The notes under the pieces: generated by a model
Database searches by the model: none
Told to the model about the DNA's origin: nothing
The model's input: only the letters and a program-made list of their open reading frames with translations
Origin: Octopus sinensis
Lineage: Eukaryota
NCBI RefSeq assembly: GCF_006345805.1
Contig: NC_043015.1
Coordinates: 40,362,001 to 40,426,000, forward strand
Length of the DNA: 64,000 bases
Direction: 5' to 3'
Part shown: positions 60,680 through 64,000 of the stretch, in pieces
Position numbering within the stretch: the first letter of the stretch is position 1
Layout of the letters: each line of letters opens with the position of its first letter
Position numbers and translations under genes: made by a program

Positions 60680-60859
60680 CTGAAAATGATAAAACAGATT
60701 TGTTAGCATAAGAGCAATAGTAGTGTGAGGACAAGGGGACTGGTCAGTGGTTGGAGTCTTATACTGGTCAGTGTTGGACAGACATACAGTGACCCTACAC
60801 AATCAGCACAACAACACAAAATACACACACACACACTACATAATCACTCGCCTATACTA

Positions 60860-61414
60860 CAGGGTCAGGCAAAATGATCTGACACAATTGTAGGTTAAAT
60901 AAAAGGCATTGTTTTTCGTTTCTTTTTCAGTTGCTGCCATGAATTGGACTGGTGAGCATCGCGCTTTCATTGTGGAAACGTTTATCAAAACAAACAATTC
61001 TGTAACTGCAACACAAAGAGCGTTCCGTTTGCACTTCAATCTTGGTAGACATGATCCCATACCAGCTCGAAACACAATCTTGTTATGGGTTACCAACTTC
61101 AGAGCTACTGGATCTGCATTGAAACGAAAATCAACCGGCCAACCTCGCACCGCCAGAACTTAAAGATGCAATTCGTCAAGAAATTACTGCCATTCCACAT
61201 GAAATGACCCGCCGAGTTATTGGCAACTTTCGTGAACGCCTTCGACAGTGTGTGGACAATAATGGATCCCATTTGACTGATTTAATTTTTAAAACATAAT
61301 GAAACAAAATGGCATTATATGTACTTTTCAAAAATAAAAACACTTTTTTGTTTCTTTACTTCATTTGCCTTTTATTTAACCTACAAATGTGTCAGATCAT
61401 TTTGCCTGACCCTG
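60860..61414 (+). mobile_element. Tc1/mariner deletion derivative (DUF4817-type HTH N-terminus fused out of frame to the transposase C-terminus)
   Basis: 49-bp TIRs with 1 mismatch and a TA TSD. ORF 60939-61163 reads MNWTGEHRAFIVETFIKTNNSVTATQRAFRLHF...WVTNFRATGSALKRKSTGQPRTART*, followed by LKDAIRQEITAIP...CVDNNGSHL in another frame. The catalytic domain is absent. Confidence 0.93.
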
Positions 61415-61496
61415 TATAAAAAAGGAGAACCAGCAGATGTTGCGGCAGACGAGAGAATATAATAAAAGGCAGGTGAGAAGGAAGAATTCGTGTTAC

Positions 61497-61688
61497 CTGT
61501 GTGAAATCTAGATTAGTCTTCTGTTGCCATTCTAGACGGTAGTCTGTGATAGTAGCACCATTGTTGACAGGTTTTTCCCAACTAAGTTGGATACAGTGTG
61601 GAGACTTCCAGTTGACTGTTGGACACTTTGGAGCATCGGGAACACCAGGACCGCTAACGACTTCACAAGATTCAGACCAGGGCCCAGC
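61497..61688 (-). CDS. FNDC3: FNDC3 coding exon (AGPWSESCEVVSGPGVPDAPKCPTVNWKSPHCIQLSWEKPVNNGATITDYRLEWQQKTNLDFTQ)
   Basis: Acceptor ctgttgctttgcctag, donor CAG|gtaaca, 192 nt, phase 0/0. Absent from the ORF track because it has no start codon. Confidence 0.95.
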
Positions 61689-61812
61689 CTAGGCAAAGCA
61701 ACAGAGATCGACCATTAGATGTTCAGACATATAAAATACATAGAGAGAAAAAAAAAAAAAAAAATGTAACATGAAAATATGAAATATGATTTATATGATG
61801 ATGATGATGATG

Positions 61813-62160
61813 CGGCCATGCTGGAGCACAGCCTTTAGTCGAGCAAATCGACCCCGGGCCTTATTCTTCGTAAGCCCAGTACTTATTCTATCGGTCTCCT
61901 TTGCCGAACCGCTAAGTGACAGGGACGTAAACACACCAGCATCGGTTGTCAAGCAATGCTAGGGGGACAAACACAGACACACACATACATATACATATAT
62001 ACGACAGGCTTCTTTCAGTTTCCGTCTACCAAATCCACTCACAAGGCATTGGTCGGCCCGAGGCTATAGCAGAAGACACTTGCCCAAGATGCCACACAGT
62101 GGGACTGAACCCGGAACCATGTGGTTGGTTAGCAAGCTACTTACCACACAGCCACTCCTG
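61813..62160 (-). mobile_element. SINE family A
   Basis: Matches the family consensus. Confidence 0.9.
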
Positions 62161-62684
62161 AGACGCTGCACTAACAAAAGTTAAAGAACTCTGCTATAAG
62201 ATGTTTATTTGAGACAATGTGGTGGCTGCAAGTAAGTCAACTCTTTGGTACCAGGAAAAATAAAGGACTTTTGGGGTTTTATTTTCTCTTGGTTTGGTTG
62301 GGAGGAAAAGGAGTGAATTTATGGTCATTATAGGTTTGGTATGGAGGAAATGTATGTCGACGGTCTTTAGAAGTAGTGTAGAGGTGGCGAGGGTGGACAC
62401 AATTTTTGGAGACTAATGAGGTGAACAGAGTTTATATTAAAAAATGACATTCTCGGGGAAGAAGGACTGGGTATCATGGTCGATGTGTGTATGTGTGTGG
62501 GAGACAGCTGGATGAGAGGAGAGCAGTGGTGGTGGTGGTGGTCTTGGTGAGAGCCATGATAGATACAATAAAAGGTGGTAAGAGGGGCAGGAGGAGGAGG
62601 AGGGGCCACGACTGGGTCAAGAAATGTAATGAAATGCCTCGGCTGAACAGCAACAAATTTTTTGTGTAGAGTTGTTGTACCTAC

Positions 62685-62857
62685 CCCAATTTTGTTTGAA
62701 CACTTCACTTGGAATAGATATGGTCGTCCTGGCAGAAGGCCAGCAACCACACAGTCTGTATCCCTGCCTTTGTACACTTCTCTGGTTGTGTTGTCTGGAG
62801 ACACCATTTGGACAATATATTCTGTGATAGGGGAACCTCCATCGGTGACTGGAGGAC
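62685..62857 (-). CDS. FNDC3: FNDC3 coding exon, first in window (G-PPVTDGGSPITEYIVQMVSPDNTTREVYKGRDTDCVVAGLLPGRPYLFQVKCSNKIG)
   Basis: Acceptor tactttatttcag, donor GGG|gtaggt, 173 nt, phase 1/0. Upstream exons lie beyond the window end. Confidence 0.96.
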
Positions 62858-63399
62858 CTGAAATAAAGTACAAGAAAAAACTTGCAATGACTGTTTCGAT
62901 TTAGTTTCAGTTTAACTAGTTCAGTTTCCAGCTGCTACTACAACCACTGATAATGCTACCTAGGGGCTGTTTAACCCCGAGTCAGCCCTGACTGAATAAG
63001 CCCACCTACTTCAAATAAATAAAGGGATCACAGTAGTTATTCAGTTTGCAAGGCATAGCAACCAAATCTCCTAAAAATCACACAGGTGTTTCAAAAACAA
63101 CTTGGTTGTTGGTTATACCATTACAGAAACACACAATATAATGGGTTTGTATTCTTTGAAGAAAGTTCCAAATAAAAAAAAGTCTTTAAAATTTTCGTCC
63201 TGTTTAACTTTCTATTTCCTGGTTTTAACAGCCCCAGACCTTCCTTAATTCAGACTTCACAGTGAACTACACACCCTGTGGACTATACACTGTGGTACCT
63301 ACTCACGGCTAAGTAGACTGGACTGTTGAGAGTTGAGTGTTTTGAGTATGGGCATTAGCAATATGAAACAATCAATTATGAACAGACATGTATAGGTAC

Positions 63400-64000
63400 C
63401 ACAAACATTTTAGTCCACTGTAAAGCACCATCCGTACATGGCTGATGCCAGCGCCGCCTTGACTGGCTTCCGTGCTGGTGGCACGTAAAAAACACCAACC
63501 AATTGTGGCCGTTGCCAGCCTAACCTGACACCTAAAAAGCGCCAGCCGTACGTGGCCGATGCCAGCGCCGCCTTGACTGGCTTCCATGCTGGTGGCACGT
63601 AAAAAGCACCAACCAATTGTGGCCGTTGCCAGCCTAACCTGGCACCTAAAAACCACCAGCCGTACGTGGCCGATGCCAGTGCCGCCTTGACTGGCTTCCG
63701 TGCTGGTGGCACGTAAAAAACACCAACCAATTGTGGCCGTTGCCAGCCTAACCTGGCACCTAAAAAGCGCCAGCCGTACGTGGCCGATGCCAGCGCCGCC
63801 TTGACTGGCTTCCATGCTGGTGGCACGTAAAAAGCACCAACCGATCGTGGCCGTTTGCCAGCCTCGTCTGGCACCTGTGCAGGTGGCACGTAAAAAAACA
63901 CTCACTACACTCACAGAATGGTTGGCGTTAGGAAGGGCATCCAGCTGTAGAAACACTGCCAGATCAGACTGGAGCCTGGTGCAGCGTCTTGGCTTCCCAG
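63400..64000 (+). mobile_element. Retroposon family B with its head expanded into 114-bp tandem repeats; runs off the window end
   Basis: gcacgtaaaa at 63481, 63595, 63709 and 63823, then ggttggcgttaggaagggcatcc. Confidence 0.9.

Noticed and set aside
7648-62160. Most SINE A copies lie on the minus strand
   Set aside because: The bias holds in both genes regardless of their transcription direction, copies are clustered and so not independent, and the sample is small.
63421-63860. CRISPR-like appearance of regularly spaced repeats
   Set aside because: The spacers are themselves repeated rather than unique, the context is eukaryotic and no cas genes are present.
63372-63956. 194-aa and 163-aa minus-strand ORFs with 38-aa repeats
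   Set aside because: They arise from the stop-free 114-bp tandem repeat of a retroposon head inside an FNDC3 intron.

Overview
AT-rich, microsatellite- and retroposon-dense animal genomic DNA. The repeat families look like those of an Octopus species (inference). Two genes converge tail to tail across about 30 kb of repeat-rich intergenic DNA. On the minus strand are the last 8 coding exons of an FNDC3A/B (mtgo) orthologue (62857 to 51425): about 4.5 fibronectin type III repeats plus a C-terminal transmembrane anchor, with every intron GT-AG and phase-consistent. On the plus strand is the 3' end of what is most likely the NMDA receptor GluN1 (GRIN1/Nmdar1) gene. It has two homologous phase-0 exons (KRKTLRQ.. 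at 2124, KRRTLRQ.. at 19888) and candidate alternative terminal acceptors (3590, 3636) whose products end in PDZ-type motifs. The rest is tRNA-derived SINEs (4 families), a (GAT)n-tailed retroposon family, TTAA-flanked and Tc1/mariner MITEs, LINE remnants and simple repeats. Most ORFs in the supplied track are translations of microsatellites. The most unusual element is a fold-back whose two inverted arms each carry a Penelope-type minimal hammerhead ribozyme around a tRNA-like Pol III head (55411-55817). A second hammerhead-like motif with a compensatory G3-C8 core swap lies at 34750-34800. Also notable are several long near-perfect hairpins (possible ADAR or small-RNA substrates) and a run of AG|GT dual splice-site motifs in an FNDC3 intron. 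All family names and homologies come from reading the sequence and from memory; no database search was run.
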